Below, piece by piece: positions 47,906 through 59,019 of a stretch of 64,000 nt of DNA. The notes beneath the pieces were generated by a model that was given only the letters and a program-made list of their open reading frames with translations, had not been told where the DNA came from and made no database searches. Position 1 is the stretch's first letter, and every line of letters starts with the position of its first letter. The translations under genes and the position numbers were made by a program. This stretch comes from an uncultured bacterium (GTDB lineage: Bacteria; Chloroflexota; UBA5177; JANWHV01), in the NCBI GenBank assembly GCA_963729625.1, contig CAVSOU010000007.1:480001-544000 (forward strand). The letters are read 5' to 3'.

Positions 47906-50035
47906 TTACAGCGCTATTCCTGTGGGAAGACTGGATATGAGCTCGTGGTTGGCGTTGAGCTGCAGATCCTGATACCCCAACACAAAAGCTCTGTCGGCGC
48001 CGTCGGTGACCGCCCCGCGAACGTTTCGCACCTTCTTGACGTCGCCAATCTTGGTCACCAGGAGCCCTGCCACGAGATACTCTTCGAACAGGCTGTCGTC
48101 CGCTACTACCTGCCCAAGAACTACCGTGTCCACGTTGACTGTGCTGCGCTCAAACTCTCCGTTTACAAGGATGACGTCACCGCTGTCCCCAATCTCAAGT
48201 ACCGAGGAATCGGTAATGATTGTCGCGGGGTGCGCGAAGGTCTTGCTACTGAGCGCCTCGCCCTGCCCGCCCTTGAGCCTCTTGACGAGGATGTCCCGGT
48301 GGCTGGGTTCCATCCAGGAAGCGAATTCCTTGTTCTTGGTGACGATGTAGACCTTCTTACCGTCGACGCCGAGCTTCTCGGCCACGTCGGCGGCGCCGAA
48401 ATGGTCTCCCCAGACCAGGACCGTCTGACCGACCTCGGCCGGCGCAGGCTTGCCGCCCTTGGGCCAGTACTCGCACGCCGTGCTCTTGCACCGGAGGACG
48501 TCTTCAAAGGTCACCACGCGCGTCGAGTCGATACCAGGAATCGAAGGGCGCTCGACCGCGGCGCCGGTCGCCACGAACACGGCGTCGTACATCCTTAGCT
48601 CCTCAGGCTTTGGGACTGTTTCCAGTCTCACATCGATCGCGAGCTTGGCGACTTGCTCCCGCTGCCAGTCGGCGAACCACCGTATCTTGCTCTTCGCGTG
48701 GACCGTGCAGCAGCAGAGGATAGCACCCCCAAGCTCGTTTGTCTTCTCGAAGATCGTTACCTTGTGCCCCCGTAGGGTAGCGATGCGCGCGGCCTCGAGG
48801 CCTGCGGGACCGCCTCCGACAATCGCCAGAGCTTGCGGCCTCGGAGCAGGGCCGAAGTTGACGAAGCGCTCGTCCCCGATTGCGGGGTTGATCGTGCAGC
48901 GCATGTGGCGCTTTATCATCAGGGATTCCTGCCAGCAACCAACGAGGCAGGAGATGCATCTTCGAATCTCGTCTTTCCTCCCAGCCCTCGCTTTGTTCGC
49001 CCAGTAGGGATCCGCGATCAGCTGTCGCGACAGGCCGACCATATCGGCTTTCCCCTGCGCCAGTATCTTGTCGCAGTACTCAGGATTCCGAAGCGAGTGG
49101 CTGGTGATCACCGGGATGCGTACGTGCTTCTTGATCTCCTCCGCCGCGTATGTATTCCAGCCCTCGTGATAGTACATGGGGTCGCACGCTGGGCCGGGGA
49201 CGTCGAAGATTCCGGCACTGATATCCAGGAACGCCAGTCCGGATTCCTCCATGAGCTGCGCGATCTTGACGCTCTCGTCAAGGCAGCGTCCCCCGTCGAT
49301 CCACTCCTCGCCGGAGTACCGGATGCCAATTGGGAAGTCGGGGCCGCACTTCTGTTTGATCCGCGCGATGATCTCCAGGGGGAAGCGCATGCGGGACTGG
49401 AAGTTGCCGCCGAAACGGTCGTTGCGCTTATTGACATAGGGACTCATAAACTGGGCGATAAGGTAGCCGTGCGCGCCATGCAGCTCGACGGCATCGAAGC
49501 CGGCTTGCTGAACACGCCATGCGCCTTCGGCGAACTTCTCGATCAGGTCGTAGACTTCTTCCACGGTCATCGCGCGAATGGACTTGCCGTGAGCCTCGGA
49601 GCCGGCGTACACGACCTCGTGGCCGGCGGAACCGGGGAGGTGCACGACCATGTCGGTGGCGGAGATCATATCCGTGCGAGGCCATGCCGATTGCCGGCCG
49701 GGGTGCTGTATCTGCACGGCGCACTTCGCCCCGTGGCGGTGCATCGCTTCGGCAAGCTCGGCGAGGCCTGGGATCAGCGGGTCTTCGTCCACAGCAAGGC
49801 AGGTGACGGTCGGCCGTCCAGACTTCTTGTCGGGAGTGGACGCGCCGACGATGATGAAGCCGGTTCCTCCCTTTGCGACCTCTTCATGATAGGTGATCAC
49901 TCGCTGGTTGACGGATCCGTCGGCATTACCGGAAGAGATATCAGTGGGAACGTGACAAATCCTGTTTGAAACCTCGAAATTCCCGATCTTGAGAGGCCTG
50001 AACATCGAGGGAAATCTGCCGTCGCTCATGCTCAT
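47906..50035 (-). CDS. NADH:flavin oxidoreductase (OYE TIM barrel, Fe-S cluster, FAD/NAD domain; FadH/BaiCD-like)
   Basis: AGFDAVELHGAHGYLIAQF.SP..N.R.D.FGG, CISCLVGC...C, IVGGGPAGLEAA, ATGA. Confidence 0.92.
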   Translation of the reverse strand: MSMSDGRFPSMFRPLKIGNFEVSNRICHVPTDISSGNADGSVNQRVITYHEEVAKGGTGFIIVGASTPDKKSGRPTVTCLAVDEDPLIPGLAELAEAMHRHGAKCAVQIQHPGRQSAWPRTDMISATDMVVHLPGSAGHEVVYAGSEAHGKSIRAMTVEEVYDLIEKFAEGAWRVQQAGFDAVELHGAHGYLIAQFMSPYVNKRNDRFGGNFQSRMRFPLEIIARIKQKCGPDFPIGIRYSGEEWIDGGRCLDESVKIAQLMEESGLAFLDISAGIFDVPGPACDPMYYHEGWNTYAAEEIKKHVRIPVITSHSLRNPEYCDKILAQGKADMVGLSRQLIADPYWANKARAGRKDEIRRCISCLVGCWQESLMIKRHMRCTINPAIGDERFVNFGPAPRPQALAIVGGGPAGLEAARIATLRGHKVTIFEKTNELGGAILCCCTVHAKSKIRWFADWQREQVAKLAIDVRLETVPKPEELRMYDAVFVATGAAVERPSIPGIDSTRVVTFEDVLRCKSTACEYWPKGGKPAPAEVGQTVLVWGDHFGAADVAEKLGVDGKKVYIVTKNKEFASWMEPSHRDILVKRLKGGQGEALSSKTFAHPATIITDSSVLEIGDSGDVILVNGEFERSTVNVDTVVLGQVVADDSLFEEYLVAGLLVTKIGDVKKVRNVRGAVTDGADRAFVLGYQDLQLNANHELISSLPTGIAL

Positions 50036-50378
50036 TTTCTGCCTTTTCGTTGGCTACCCCAGCTACTTTGCTGTGACCACATTACCACCACCGGCACACT
50101 GTTCAGCGTGTGCCATAGGGCACCGGTTGTCTTCCCATAAGTCACGTCCTGCGGCTACTCCGCGACCGTTCTGGACCAGAGTGAGCAGCGCGGCGCGATC
50201 GTAGTCCGGATCGCCCGGACGGCTTGGACGACGTGTCGCGTCTCTTGACGTTTCCGCCTTGGGCGAGTACCACGAATTGGCGTGGGAGTCCCTTGATCTG
50301 GATTGCCTTCGCGCCGGCAGGGTGCGAGGAATAGACATTCATTTGTTGTTTTGAGCCTCGAAGGCGATCGGAGATCTC

Positions 50379-51668
50379 GTGCGTTCCGACTCTGCGATTG
50401 AGTTAACTATCGACGAGGCACGCGCCTTAGCGGTGGCGGCCCAGAGTCTGGATGCTTTGCCCGACGCGTCGCCGGACGAGACGTCGATCCTCGATGCCCT
50501 TGAGCGCGTCGGCGTGCTCCAGGTCGACACCATCAACGTGGTGGAGCGGTCTCAGTACCTTGTGCTCTGGAGCAGGTTGGCCGCATACGATCCTGCGTTG
50601 CTCGACGCGCTACTTTACCCGCGGCGCCTGATCTTCGAATGCATGGCTCCCGTGGCCTTGATAGCCCCGATGAAGAACTATCGCTTCTATCGTCCCGCCA
50701 TGCTCTCCTCCGCGCACGAGAGTCGGCTGCGGTCAAGCGAGTGGTTGGCCGAGCATCCCGATGCGATACCCGACACGCTCGGCGCAATACGCGAGCGCGG
50801 CCCGCTCGCTTCCGCGGACTTCGCGAGGCCGGAGGGCGCCACGCGATCCGGCCCATGGGATTGGCACGGACCCAAGCCGAGCCGCCGCGCACTCGAGATA
50901 CTGTACAATTCCGGCGATCTCATGGTGCACAGCCGGCGAGGGGGCCAGAAGCTTTACGATGTGCGTGACCGAGTGCTGGCCGAGGCATTCGGCGCGGAAG
51001 TCCCGGGTGACGACGGGCTGCCTGATGCAGCCGAACGGCAGGCGTTCTTCACCGGGCACGCCGCTGAAGCACTTGGCATCATCGTGCCGGCCTGGCTCTG
51101 GAGGTACCACGCGCAGCGGCCTCAGCGCAGCGCCCGCGCCAACCATCGCGATGCAGCACTGGAGGCGCTTGAGCGCATGGCATCAACCGGTCAATGTGTG
51201 CGGGCTGTCATAGATGGCCTCGACGAGCCGGCATTCGTGGTGTCATCGCTGCTCGGCAAACTAGACCGCTGGCGTCGTGGGCCGGCGCCTGCACGCACGA
51301 CACTGCTCTCGCCTTTCGACAGTCTGATCTGGGATCGCGCGAGGACGCGCGCTCTGTTTGGTTTCGACGTGTGCTTTGAGGCATATGTCTCGCCCCCGAG
51401 GCGCAAGTACGGCTATTATTGCCTCTCGATCCTCCATAGGAACAACCTGGTCGGCCGAGTGGATCCCAAGATGGATCGTGCCAAGCGCCGCCTTCAAGTG
51501 CGTGCAGCGTACCTCGAGCCGGGGGTGGCGTTGGACGACGCACTGGTGGATGGACTTGCCATAGCCCTCGCCGATCTGTCACGGTTTCTCGGCGGAACGG
51601 GCGTCGACGTCGCGAGCTGTGGATGCGTTGATCTGGTGGCGGCACTTTCGGAGCGCCTCAGGGATTAA
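50379..51668 (+). CDS. YcaQ/AlkZ-like (HTH_42) crosslink-repair DNA glycosylase
   Basis: LQVDTINVVERS (QxD), LWSRL, LLSPFD.LIWDR.R, FEAY..P..RKYGYY.L.IL. Confidence 0.88.
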   Translation: MRSDSAIELTIDEARALAVAAQSLDALPDASPDETSILDALERVGVLQVDTINVVERSQYLVLWSRLAAYDPALLDALLYPRRLIFECMAPVALIAPMKNYRFYRPAMLSSAHESRLRSSEWLAEHPDAIPDTLGAIRERGPLASADFARPEGATRSGPWDWHGPKPSRRALEILYNSGDLMVHSRRGGQKLYDVRDRVLAEAFGAEVPGDDGLPDAAERQAFFTGHAAEALGIIVPAWLWRYHAQRPQRSARANHRDAALEALERMASTGQCVRAVIDGLDEPAFVVSSLLGKLDRWRRGPAPARTTLLSPFDSLIWDRARTRALFGFDVCFEAYVSPPRRKYGYYCLSILHRNNLVGRVDPKMDRAKRRLQVRAAYLEPGVALDDALVDGLAIALADLSRFLGGTGVDVASCGCVDLVAALSERLRD

Positions 51669-52257
51669 GCATTATCTGGTTATGGAATCTTTTTTCTCGC
51701 GCCGCCGCAGACGGTGCTGCCGGGAATCCAGCGGACAACCGAGGGCCGAACGTTGCCCAACAGCGAACCTGGGCGGCGGCGGGATCGGGGCCGCGCCGAT
51801 CGTCTGAGGCACCGTAGCGCCGCTGCGCGAAGAAGGGCGAGCGTCTTCACGCTTGCGTTCGCCGTGAGAGTATTTGCAAGCGTTTGGCCTGTTGTTGAAA
51901 GTTCGGCGCGGCTTATGGTTTGCTCATCGGGTCTGGCTCGGATCGCAAACTCTCAGCCCGACGACGCTGATACGGCCCAGAGGCTGAGCATTGGAGCCGG
52001 CAAAGAGGAGGTGGAAGGAACCACCGGCATTCCCGCCGAGGACAGACCCGCCGACACAAGCCGCTGGTCATGGCGGCCGTGCCGTGAGGAATATGGCGCG
52101 AGCGCGTGGTTGTCCGATCGCTCACCGTGGTGGCGAGCGTCACCGGTACCAGTAGACATGATCACTGTGCACACGCCGCTCCGTCTCCTGGCATCAGGTC
52201 AACGCAGACGTCTGGCAACACTAACGTCGACATACTGATTCTCGAGGAGAAAGCTCA

Positions 52258-53061
52258 ATGGGAAGGAAGTCTGTAGTTGGAGCCCTGGTCACCGGTATAG
52301 CCCTGGCCCTATCCCTGCTGCCCGTGAATGCCGTTCACGCGGCCGCGCCTGCCGCGCGGCACGGGGTGTACTACCTGGCGTTGGGCGACTCACTGTCCGA
52401 CGGGTACCAACCCGACAAGACGGTCTTGCGGACGCATGGGTGGGTCTATCAGTTTCGCGACATGCTGGCCAAGCAATCGCCTATCGAACTCACCAATCTC
52501 GCGCTCGGCGGCGAATGCACCGGCACTTTCATCAAAGGTGGTCTGAGCCCGACCTGCGCAACCAAGACGATCGACTCGCCGTCCCAACTTGGGGCTGGTG
52601 TCGCGTACCTGAAGGCACATGCGGGCATGGTGAATCCGATCACGGTCGAGATCGGCGGAGACAATCTCTACAGCGTTCTGCCTGCCTTCCTCAAGGCGAC
52701 ACCGGCGGAGCGGCAGGCGCTGGCACAGAAGGCTCTCGCGCCGCTGGCGCAGGATTGGACTACGATCTTCACAGGCTTGCGGACCGCGTGCCCGACCTGC
52801 ACCATCATCGCGGTCGACCAATACAACCCGTACGGATCCGGCGACATGTCCGCCGCCGTCGCACAGGTGATGGAGACCTACAGCGGCGTGCTGCAGAAGG
52901 TTGCCAAGCCTCTCGGCGTGCGAGTGGCGACGGTGTATGGCGCGTTCGCCGGCCATGAGGTCGAATACACCTGGATCGCAAAGAACGACATCCATGCCAA
53001 CACGACCGGGTACCAGGTCATGGCGGCGATCGTGGCGAAAGCATCCGGCATGGTCCAGTAG
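52258..53061 (+). CDS. Secreted SGNH/GDSL hydrolase
   Basis: Signal peptide (VHA-A), YLALGDS, IGGDN, DIH; GAGGAG RBS. Confidence 0.9.
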   Translation: MGRKSVVGALVTGIALALSLLPVNAVHAAAPAARHGVYYLALGDSLSDGYQPDKTVLRTHGWVYQFRDMLAKQSPIELTNLALGGECTGTFIKGGLSPTCATKTIDSPSQLGAGVAYLKAHAGMVNPITVEIGGDNLYSVLPAFLKATPAERQALAQKALAPLAQDWTTIFTGLRTACPTCTIIAVDQYNPYGSGDMSAAVAQVMETYSGVLQKVAKPLGVRVATVYGAFAGHEVEYTWIAKNDIHANTTGYQVMAAIVAKASGMVQ

Positions 53062-53119
53062 TCAGCGTTTCTGCGACCCCTCCGTGTTTTGTGAAGACGA
53101 ATGCCGTTAACGTTGGTCC

Positions 53120-53154
53120 GCCGCTGGCAGAGTCGAACTTCCTCTGCCAGCGGC
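53120..53154. terminator. Stem-loop downstream of the SGNH gene
   Basis: 13-bp perfect stem GCCGCTGGCAGAG/CTCTGCCAGCGGC with a 9-nt loop; no U-tract. Confidence 0.5.
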
Positions 53155-53225
53155 AGTAGCCTGACTCACGCCCTCGCCCGGACCTGAATCGCTACATTCA
53201 AGGTAGAGATACGTGGGAGGGCCGG

Positions 53226-54353
53226 TTGAATCGTCGCGTAATAGGCCTGCTGAGCCTTGGCCATCTTACAGTGGACGTATACGCGGGATCCCTGCCGGCC
53301 CTCCTATACGTGCTTCGCCCGAGCCTTCACCTTTCGTATTTCCTGATTGGCCTGGCATCCCTCGCCTTCACGATCACATCATCGGTCGTGCAGCCTCTCT
53401 TCGGCTATCTCTCGGACCGAAAGCACATGGCGGAGTTGCTTCCGGTTGGCTGCCTGCTCTGCGCTGTTGGGCTGTCCCTCGCCAGCAGGGCACCAGGCTA
53501 TCTCGCGCTACTCGCGCTCATCAGCCTGGGCGGTTTCGGATCCGCGCTCTACCATCCCGAGGCAGCCAAGACCACGGCGTTCTTCAGCGGAGACCGGCGT
53601 GCAAGTGCGATGGCCTTGTTCTCGGTCGGCGGCAGTATCGGCTATGCTCTTGGTCCAGGAGTATTTCTGGTACTCAACGATCGCGTTCACGCCGCGGCGC
53701 CCATTGCATTCTTCGCCTTCGGGCTCGCGATGACACTTCGCCTAACGGCAGCCTGCTCGCCGCTGCGCCGGGGCGTCGCCCTGCAGCTTGCCAAGCGCGG
53801 AGACGCGGAAGAGAAAGTCGCGTGGGCGGTCCTCGCCAGCGTGCTCAGTATCGTCGCCCTCCGGGCATGGGTGCAGATGGGCCTCGTACTGTACTTGCCG
53901 TACTGGGCACAGAACGCCGGTGACGGGATTGCCCCAGGCGTGTTTGTTTCAGCCTTTCTCTTTGCCGGAGTCGCAGGGACACTGTTGGTTGGCCCGATTG
54001 CCGACCGCCTTGGACCCCGGCGTGTCTTGGTGGTGACGATGGTACCGCTGACGCCTGTTCTGCTGCTATTTCTGCCGATGAGGGGGTTCATTGCGCTGGC
54101 GACGATTACCGCGTTCGGCGCACTGCTTCTATCGACGTTCTCGCTGACCGTCGTGATGGCGCAGGAGCTGATTAGCCGGCGCCAAGGGATGGCGGCCGGA
54201 TTGAGCAACGGATTTGCCTCTGGGATCGGGGCTCTTGGGTCGCTCGCTACCGGCGCCGTAGGAGATCGGTTCGGTCTCACCGCGTCCTTTGTGCTATTGT
54301 CGATGCTGCCGCTCCTTGCGCTCTGGCGGTCATTGTTGCTGCCCGTCAGGTGA
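53226..54353 (+). CDS. MFS transporter (Fsr-like)
   Basis: GH..VD.Y, QPLFGYLSDR, GSALYHPE, GPIADRLG; about 12 TMs. Confidence 0.9.
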   Translation: MNRRVIGLLSLGHLTVDVYAGSLPALLYVLRPSLHLSYFLIGLASLAFTITSSVVQPLFGYLSDRKHMAELLPVGCLLCAVGLSLASRAPGYLALLALISLGGFGSALYHPEAAKTTAFFSGDRRASAMALFSVGGSIGYALGPGVFLVLNDRVHAAAPIAFFAFGLAMTLRLTAACSPLRRGVALQLAKRGDAEEKVAWAVLASVLSIVALRAWVQMGLVLYLPYWAQNAGDGIAPGVFVSAFLFAGVAGTLLVGPIADRLGPRRVLVVTMVPLTPVLLLFLPMRGFIALATITAFGALLLSTFSLTVVMAQELISRRQGMAAGLSNGFASGIGALGSLATGAVGDRFGLTASFVLLSMLPLLALWRSLLLPVR

Positions 54354-54491
54354 AGGCATGTTCGCGGATGCAAGCAGAGAGCGTCGTCGTGTACCCTGTG
54401 GACAAGGCGTCGAATAGCCCGGACTCTGGCTTGATGATGGCGAGGAGCTACGGACAGATGTGCCCGCGGCGCACCGTACGAGGAGATGTAC

Positions 54492-56207
54492 ATGGCAACG
54501 ACCACGACACGGCAGATGCGTTCGGACACCATCAAGAAGGGTTTCGAGCGCGCGCCGCACCGCGCTCTGCTCCGGGCAACGGGCGTCATTCAGGACGAGA
54601 GGGACTTCCGTAAGCCGTTCATCGCGGTGATAAACAGCTATGTGGATATCATTCCGGGCCACGCTCATCTGCAAGAGGTCGCCAAGACCGTGAAGGCCGC
54701 CATTCGCGCGGCCGGTGGCGTTCCCTTTGAGTTCAACACCATCGGCGTGGACGACGGTATCGCCATGGGCCACATCGGGATGAAGTACTCGCTGCCTAGC
54801 CGCGAGCTCATCGCGGACTGCGTGGAGACAGTGGTAGCAGCGCACGCCTTCGACGGCATGATCTGCATCCCCAACTGTGACAAGATCGTGCCCGGGATGC
54901 TGATGGCCGCGATGCGTCTGAACATTCCAACCATCTTTTGCTCCGGCGGTCCGATGCGTGCTGGACGTCTGGCCAGCGGAGCCAAGGCCGATCTGATCAC
55001 CGTGTTTGAGGCAGTGGGCGCCTATGCGCAGGGCAAGGTCAGCGACGAGGCGCTGCTGGAGCTGGAGATGAAGGCCTGCCCGTCGTGCGGATCATGTTCG
55101 GGCATGTTTACTGCCAATTCCATGAACTGCCTGTGTGAGGCGCTTGGCATCGCCCTCCCGGGCAACGGAACGATCCTGGCCCGTACGGAGGAGCGCGACG
55201 ACCACTATCGTCGCTCGGCGCAGCGGCTGATGCAGCTCGTCGAGGAGAACGTTCGCCCACTGGACATCATCACACCGGCCGCAATCGACAATGCCTTTGC
55301 GCTGGACATGGCGATGGGCGGCTCGACCAATACGGTGTTGCACACACTTGCCCTCTGCAACGAGGGCGGCGTCGAATACCCGCTGGCGCGCCTCAACGAT
55401 GTGGCTGCCCGCGTGCCGTATATCTGCAAAGTGTCGCCGGCCACGGCAAACGTCCATATCGAGGACGTCCATCGCGCTGGCGGGATCAGCGCTATTCTGC
55501 ACGAGCTGGGTCGACGAGCAGGAATCCTGCATCTGGACGTGCCCACTGTGACCGGGAAGACCCTGGGCGAGAACATCGCCGAGACCGTGGTCGTCGACTC
55601 CTCGGTCATTCGACCGCTGGAGGAACCGTTCCAGGACCGTGGGGGCTTGACCGTGCTGTTCGGCAATCTGGCGCCCGACGGCGCTGTCGTCAAGTCGGGA
55701 GCAATAGATACGACGGCGTGGAAGTTCCGCGGACCGTGCCGTATCTACGAGAGCGAGGAAGAGGCTCAGGCGGCAATCCTGCGCGGCGATATCGTCGCCG
55801 GCAACGCGGTAATCATTCGATACGAGGGGCCAAAGGGCGGGCCCGGCATGCAGGAAATGCTGGCGCCGACCGGGGCACTGTCGGGCATGGGGCTGGGCAC
55901 ATCGGTCGCGTTGCTTACCGACGGCCGCTTCAGCGGCGGCAGCCGCGGCCTGGCCATAGGGCACATCTCGCCTGAAGCTGCCTCCGGCGGGCCGCTCGCT
56001 GCGTTGCGCGACGGCGACATGATTTTGGTGGACATTCAGGCGCGACGGCTCGATGTTGAGCTGAGTGAGGTTGAGATTCGCCGGCGTCTCGAGGATGCGC
56101 GGCCTCCTGATCGGGTGCTGCCCGGCCGCTGGCTCCGGCGCTATCGGAGCCTGGTTACGTCGGCAAACACCGGGGCTGTCTTGCGCGATCCAGACGCGGC
56201 GCAATAG
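54492..56207 (+). CDS. ilvD: Dihydroxy-acid dehydratase
   Basis: [57 protein letters not shown]. Confidence 0.97.
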   Translation: MATTTTRQMRSDTIKKGFERAPHRALLRATGVIQDERDFRKPFIAVINSYVDIIPGHAHLQEVAKTVKAAIRAAGGVPFEFNTIGVDDGIAMGHIGMKYSLPSRELIADCVETVVAAHAFDGMICIPNCDKIVPGMLMAAMRLNIPTIFCSGGPMRAGRLASGAKADLITVFEAVGAYAQGKVSDEALLELEMKACPSCGSCSGMFTANSMNCLCEALGIALPGNGTILARTEERDDHYRRSAQRLMQLVEENVRPLDIITPAAIDNAFALDMAMGGSTNTVLHTLALCNEGGVEYPLARLNDVAARVPYICKVSPATANVHIEDVHRAGGISAILHELGRRAGILHLDVPTVTGKTLGENIAETVVVDSSVIRPLEEPFQDRGGLTVLFGNLAPDGAVVKSGAIDTTAWKFRGPCRIYESEEEAQAAILRGDIVAGNAVIIRYEGPKGGPGMQEMLAPTGALSGMGLGTSVALLTDGRFSGGSRGLAIGHISPEAASGGPLAALRDGDMILVDIQARRLDVELSEVEIRRRLEDARPPDRVLPGRWLRRYRSLVTSANTGAVLRDPDAAQ

Positions 56208-56503
56208 CCGACCGAGGATCCGCGGGCAAAGCGAGTCCAGTCGTCGAAAGCCTTGAAGGCGATAAGTAGCGATGTTGCCTGTACCAGTCCCCTACGCCAG
56301 CAAAGCGAGATGCTCGTCTTTGCTCATGGGCTGGGCCGCGGTCCGCCCTCCAACCTACTCACGATCCGCGCGCTTGAGCAGGCGCCTACTGCTCCGCAGC
56401 CAAAGGAGCGGTCCTGGCGAGCGTTCACGCACTCGCTGGCCGCTTGGGTTAGCATAGCGCGGCGACGTCTTTCGGAACGGTGAAGTCAGGGGTAAGTTGC
56501 CAT

Positions 56504-56548
56504 CCATGGCTGAAACGCCCGGGTCGGACCCGGGCGTTTCAGCCATGG
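56504..56548. repeat. Perfect 45-bp palindrome between convergent ilvD and ahpC (possible bidirectional terminator)
   Basis: CCATGGCTGAAACGCCCGGGTC-G-GACCCGGGCGTTTCAGCCATGG (22-bp arms). Confidence 0.85.
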
Positions 56549-56567
56549 TATTGCAGTCAGGCGAGAT

Positions 56568-57104
56568 TCAGGCCGTGGCCAGGGTTGGCTCGCCGGCTTT
56601 CCAGCCGCAAGCCGTGAGCTCACCGGTCTGGATGGCCTTCAGCGAGCGCAGCACCTCGTCGACACTGCGCCCGGTGTCGAGGTCGTTCACGGCCACGAAG
56701 CGGATGATGCAATCCGGATCGACGATGAATGTTGCGCGGAGGGCGACTCCCTCACCGGGGTCGAGAATGCCCAGAGACGAGCACAGCTCGCGCTTCAGAT
56801 CCGCCGCCATCGGGAATGGAAGCCGGCGGAGGAGCGGATTCTGCTCGCGCCAAGCAAGGTGAACGTACTCATTATCCACGCTGACGCCGAGGATGTCCGC
56901 GCCTACCGCGTTGAACGAGGGCTGCATCGAACCGAATGCAGCGATCTCGGTCGGGCAGACGAACGTAAAGTCTTTGGGCCAGAAGAACGCTACCAACCAG
57001 CGGCCTTTATACTCTGATAACGATACGCGCGTGATGGTCGGGTCTTCACTACCGTCGACGGCTGCCAGATTGAAGTCGGGAAAGCGGTCGCCAACCGTGA
57101 GCAT
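56568..57104 (-). CDS. ahpC: Peroxiredoxin AhpC
   Basis: FWPKDFTFVCPTEI, RATFIVDP, GR...EVLR, ACGW; AAGGAG RBS. Confidence 0.93.
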   Translation of the reverse strand: MLTVGDRFPDFNLAAVDGSEDPTITRVSLSEYKGRWLVAFFWPKDFTFVCPTEIAAFGSMQPSFNAVGADILGVSVDNEYVHLAWREQNPLLRRLPFPMAADLKRELCSSLGILDPGEGVALRATFIVDPDCIIRFVAVNDLDTGRSVDEVLRSLKAIQTGELTACGWKAGEPTLATA

Positions 57105-57376
57105 GCTGAACTCCTTGCGATTCCATGAAGGCACCTACAATGACATGTTCCTCCGCGAGCGTAGCGGGCGGCGCTATCGTCCGTCTAGAGGCGAACCGAC
57201 TACGTACCCGGGGCCAAACGTACTGCAGAGCCGCATCCGCCTATGGGAGAGTCGACGGGATCACTCTCGAACCGCACGATTTTGGGAGCGCTCGGACGTC
57301 CTACAGTGAGGCCAGAGTGAGATCTACATGCATCTATGCCGCCTCTTTCACAAGTTGAAGAGTGGGCGTGCGAGTG

Positions 57377-57568
57377 TTATTTTCGCCGGTCCGCCGTGCT
57401 CCTCAGGTGCTCGAGCGCTTCGTTTACCAGCGCATTCATACTTCTTCGCTCATAAAAGGCGGTAGTGCGAAGCCATTCATACAGGTCAGTGGATAGCCGC
57501 ACCTGAAGAATGGACTGATGCTTATCCGCGCGCTCCTCGTCCGCAGGCAGGTTCGACTGTGCCTTCAT
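57377..57568 (-). CDS. Small Arc/ribbon-helix-helix DNA-binding protein
   Basis: ILQVRLSTDLYEWLR..A..ERRSMNALVNEAL matches the RHH pattern. Confidence 0.65.
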   Translation of the reverse strand: MKAQSNLPADEERADKHQSILQVRLSTDLYEWLRTTAFYERRSMNALVNEALEHLRSTADRRK

Positions 57569-57737
57569 TTCTGACCCTTTACTAGCACGATGCGCGGCCA
57601 ATGAACGCCGTGTACGCCATTATGCTAGCACCATACTAAGTTCGCGCGCTGCTGTCAAAACATTCCCCCGCGGCACGGTCTTTCCCTACGGAGGGCCTCC
57701 GCACCATGCGAGCACAACGCCGGGCGCCGTCGGGTTC

Positions 57738-58859
57738 TTAGCGTTCGTCGACAGGGACGTATGGGCGCGCGGCGGGCCCGATGTAGTCGGCGCGGGGGCG
57801 CATGAGGCGATTGTTGGCGTACTGCTCCAGGACGTGCGCCGTCCACCCCGCGATGCGGCTGCAGGCAAAGATGGGCGTGAAGAGGTCCGTATGGATGCCA
57901 AGGGCCCGATAAGTCGACGCCGAATAGAAGTCGACGTTCGCATGGAGGCCCTTTGTCTCCCGTACAACCTGCTCCACCAGCTCCGACATCTGGAACCAGT
58001 AGGGATTGCCGGACCGTTCGCCAACTTCCTTCGCCAGGCTGCGCAAGGCAGTCGCACGCGGATCCTCGGTGCGGTATACCGCGTGCCCGAATCCCATGAT
58101 GCGGTCGCCGCGATCGAGAGCCGCGCGTACCCATTCCTGGGCGCCCCCGGGCGAGTCAATCGCCTCGAGCATACGCATGACGCGCTCGTTTGCACCGCCA
58201 TGCGAGGGGCCGGCTAGCGCGGCGATGGCCGCGGTAACGGCTCCGTAGATATCCGCCAGCGTCGACGCCACTTCACGGGCCGCGAACGTGGAGGCGTTTA
58301 GCTCATGGTCGGCGTGCAGAATGAGCGCGACGTCGAACACGTGCGCGTCGCGCTTATCGGGTTCCTTGCCGCGCAGCATATAGAGGAAGTTGGCGGCAAG
58401 AGGCAGATCTGGGCGGGGCGTTATCGGCGAATGGCCGTATCGCAGCTTGTCGAACGCTGCAACGATTGTGGGGATGCGCGCGGTCAGCCGCACGGCCTTG
58501 CGCACCATCGCGGGACGGGAGCTATCGAACAGCTCGCGGTCGTACATGGCCATTGCCGAGACCGCGGTGCGCAACGCCGACATCGGCGAGCCGCTACTCG
58601 GCAGAGACCCAAGTAGATCGATGATTTCCGCCGGTAGCTCCGCTTCCGACTTGATGACTTCGGCAAGCTGCTCCAGTTGCAGGAGTGTCGGTAGCTCGCC
58701 GTGCCACAACAGATAGATCACTTCTTCGAACGTCGAGTAGCGCGCAAGCTCGGCTATGTCGTACCCACGGTAGGAGAGTTTCCCTTGTTCGCCGTCGACG
58801 TTGCAAATAGCAGACGACGCAGCAATCACATCACGTAGACCGGCGGTCGGACTAGCCAT
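57738..58859 (-). CDS. gltA: Citrate synthase (short type)
   Basis: GKLSYRGY, HADHELNAST, GPSHGGANE, GFGHAVY, ANVDF. A methylcitrate synthase is not excluded. Confidence 0.88.
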   Translation of the reverse strand: MASPTAGLRDVIAASSAICNVDGEQGKLSYRGYDIAELARYSTFEEVIYLLWHGELPTLLQLEQLAEVIKSEAELPAEIIDLLGSLPSSGSPMSALRTAVSAMAMYDRELFDSSRPAMVRKAVRLTARIPTIVAAFDKLRYGHSPITPRPDLPLAANFLYMLRGKEPDKRDAHVFDVALILHADHELNASTFAAREVASTLADIYGAVTAAIAALAGPSHGGANERVMRMLEAIDSPGGAQEWVRAALDRGDRIMGFGHAVYRTEDPRATALRSLAKEVGERSGNPYWFQMSELVEQVVRETKGLHANVDFYSASTYRALGIHTDLFTPIFACSRIAGWTAHVLEQYANNRLMRPRADYIGPAARPYVPVDER

Positions 58860-59019
58860 TGCCTTTCCTTTCTCTACCCGCAACACAGCGGGCCTTCATG
58901 CCAGAGTCGAGCAGCGCTCTCGTCGTTGGACGGCGCTAAGTCAGGGCTACTGTGAGTAGTTTCAGTATCGCTGTACTCCACGACACGGTCAACAGAAGTA
59001 CAGAGCCTCAGGCGCTCGG

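Noticed and set aside
51669-52257. Short ORFs in the ycaQ-SGNH intergenic gap
   Set aside because: No motifs, convincing RBS or gene-like composition.
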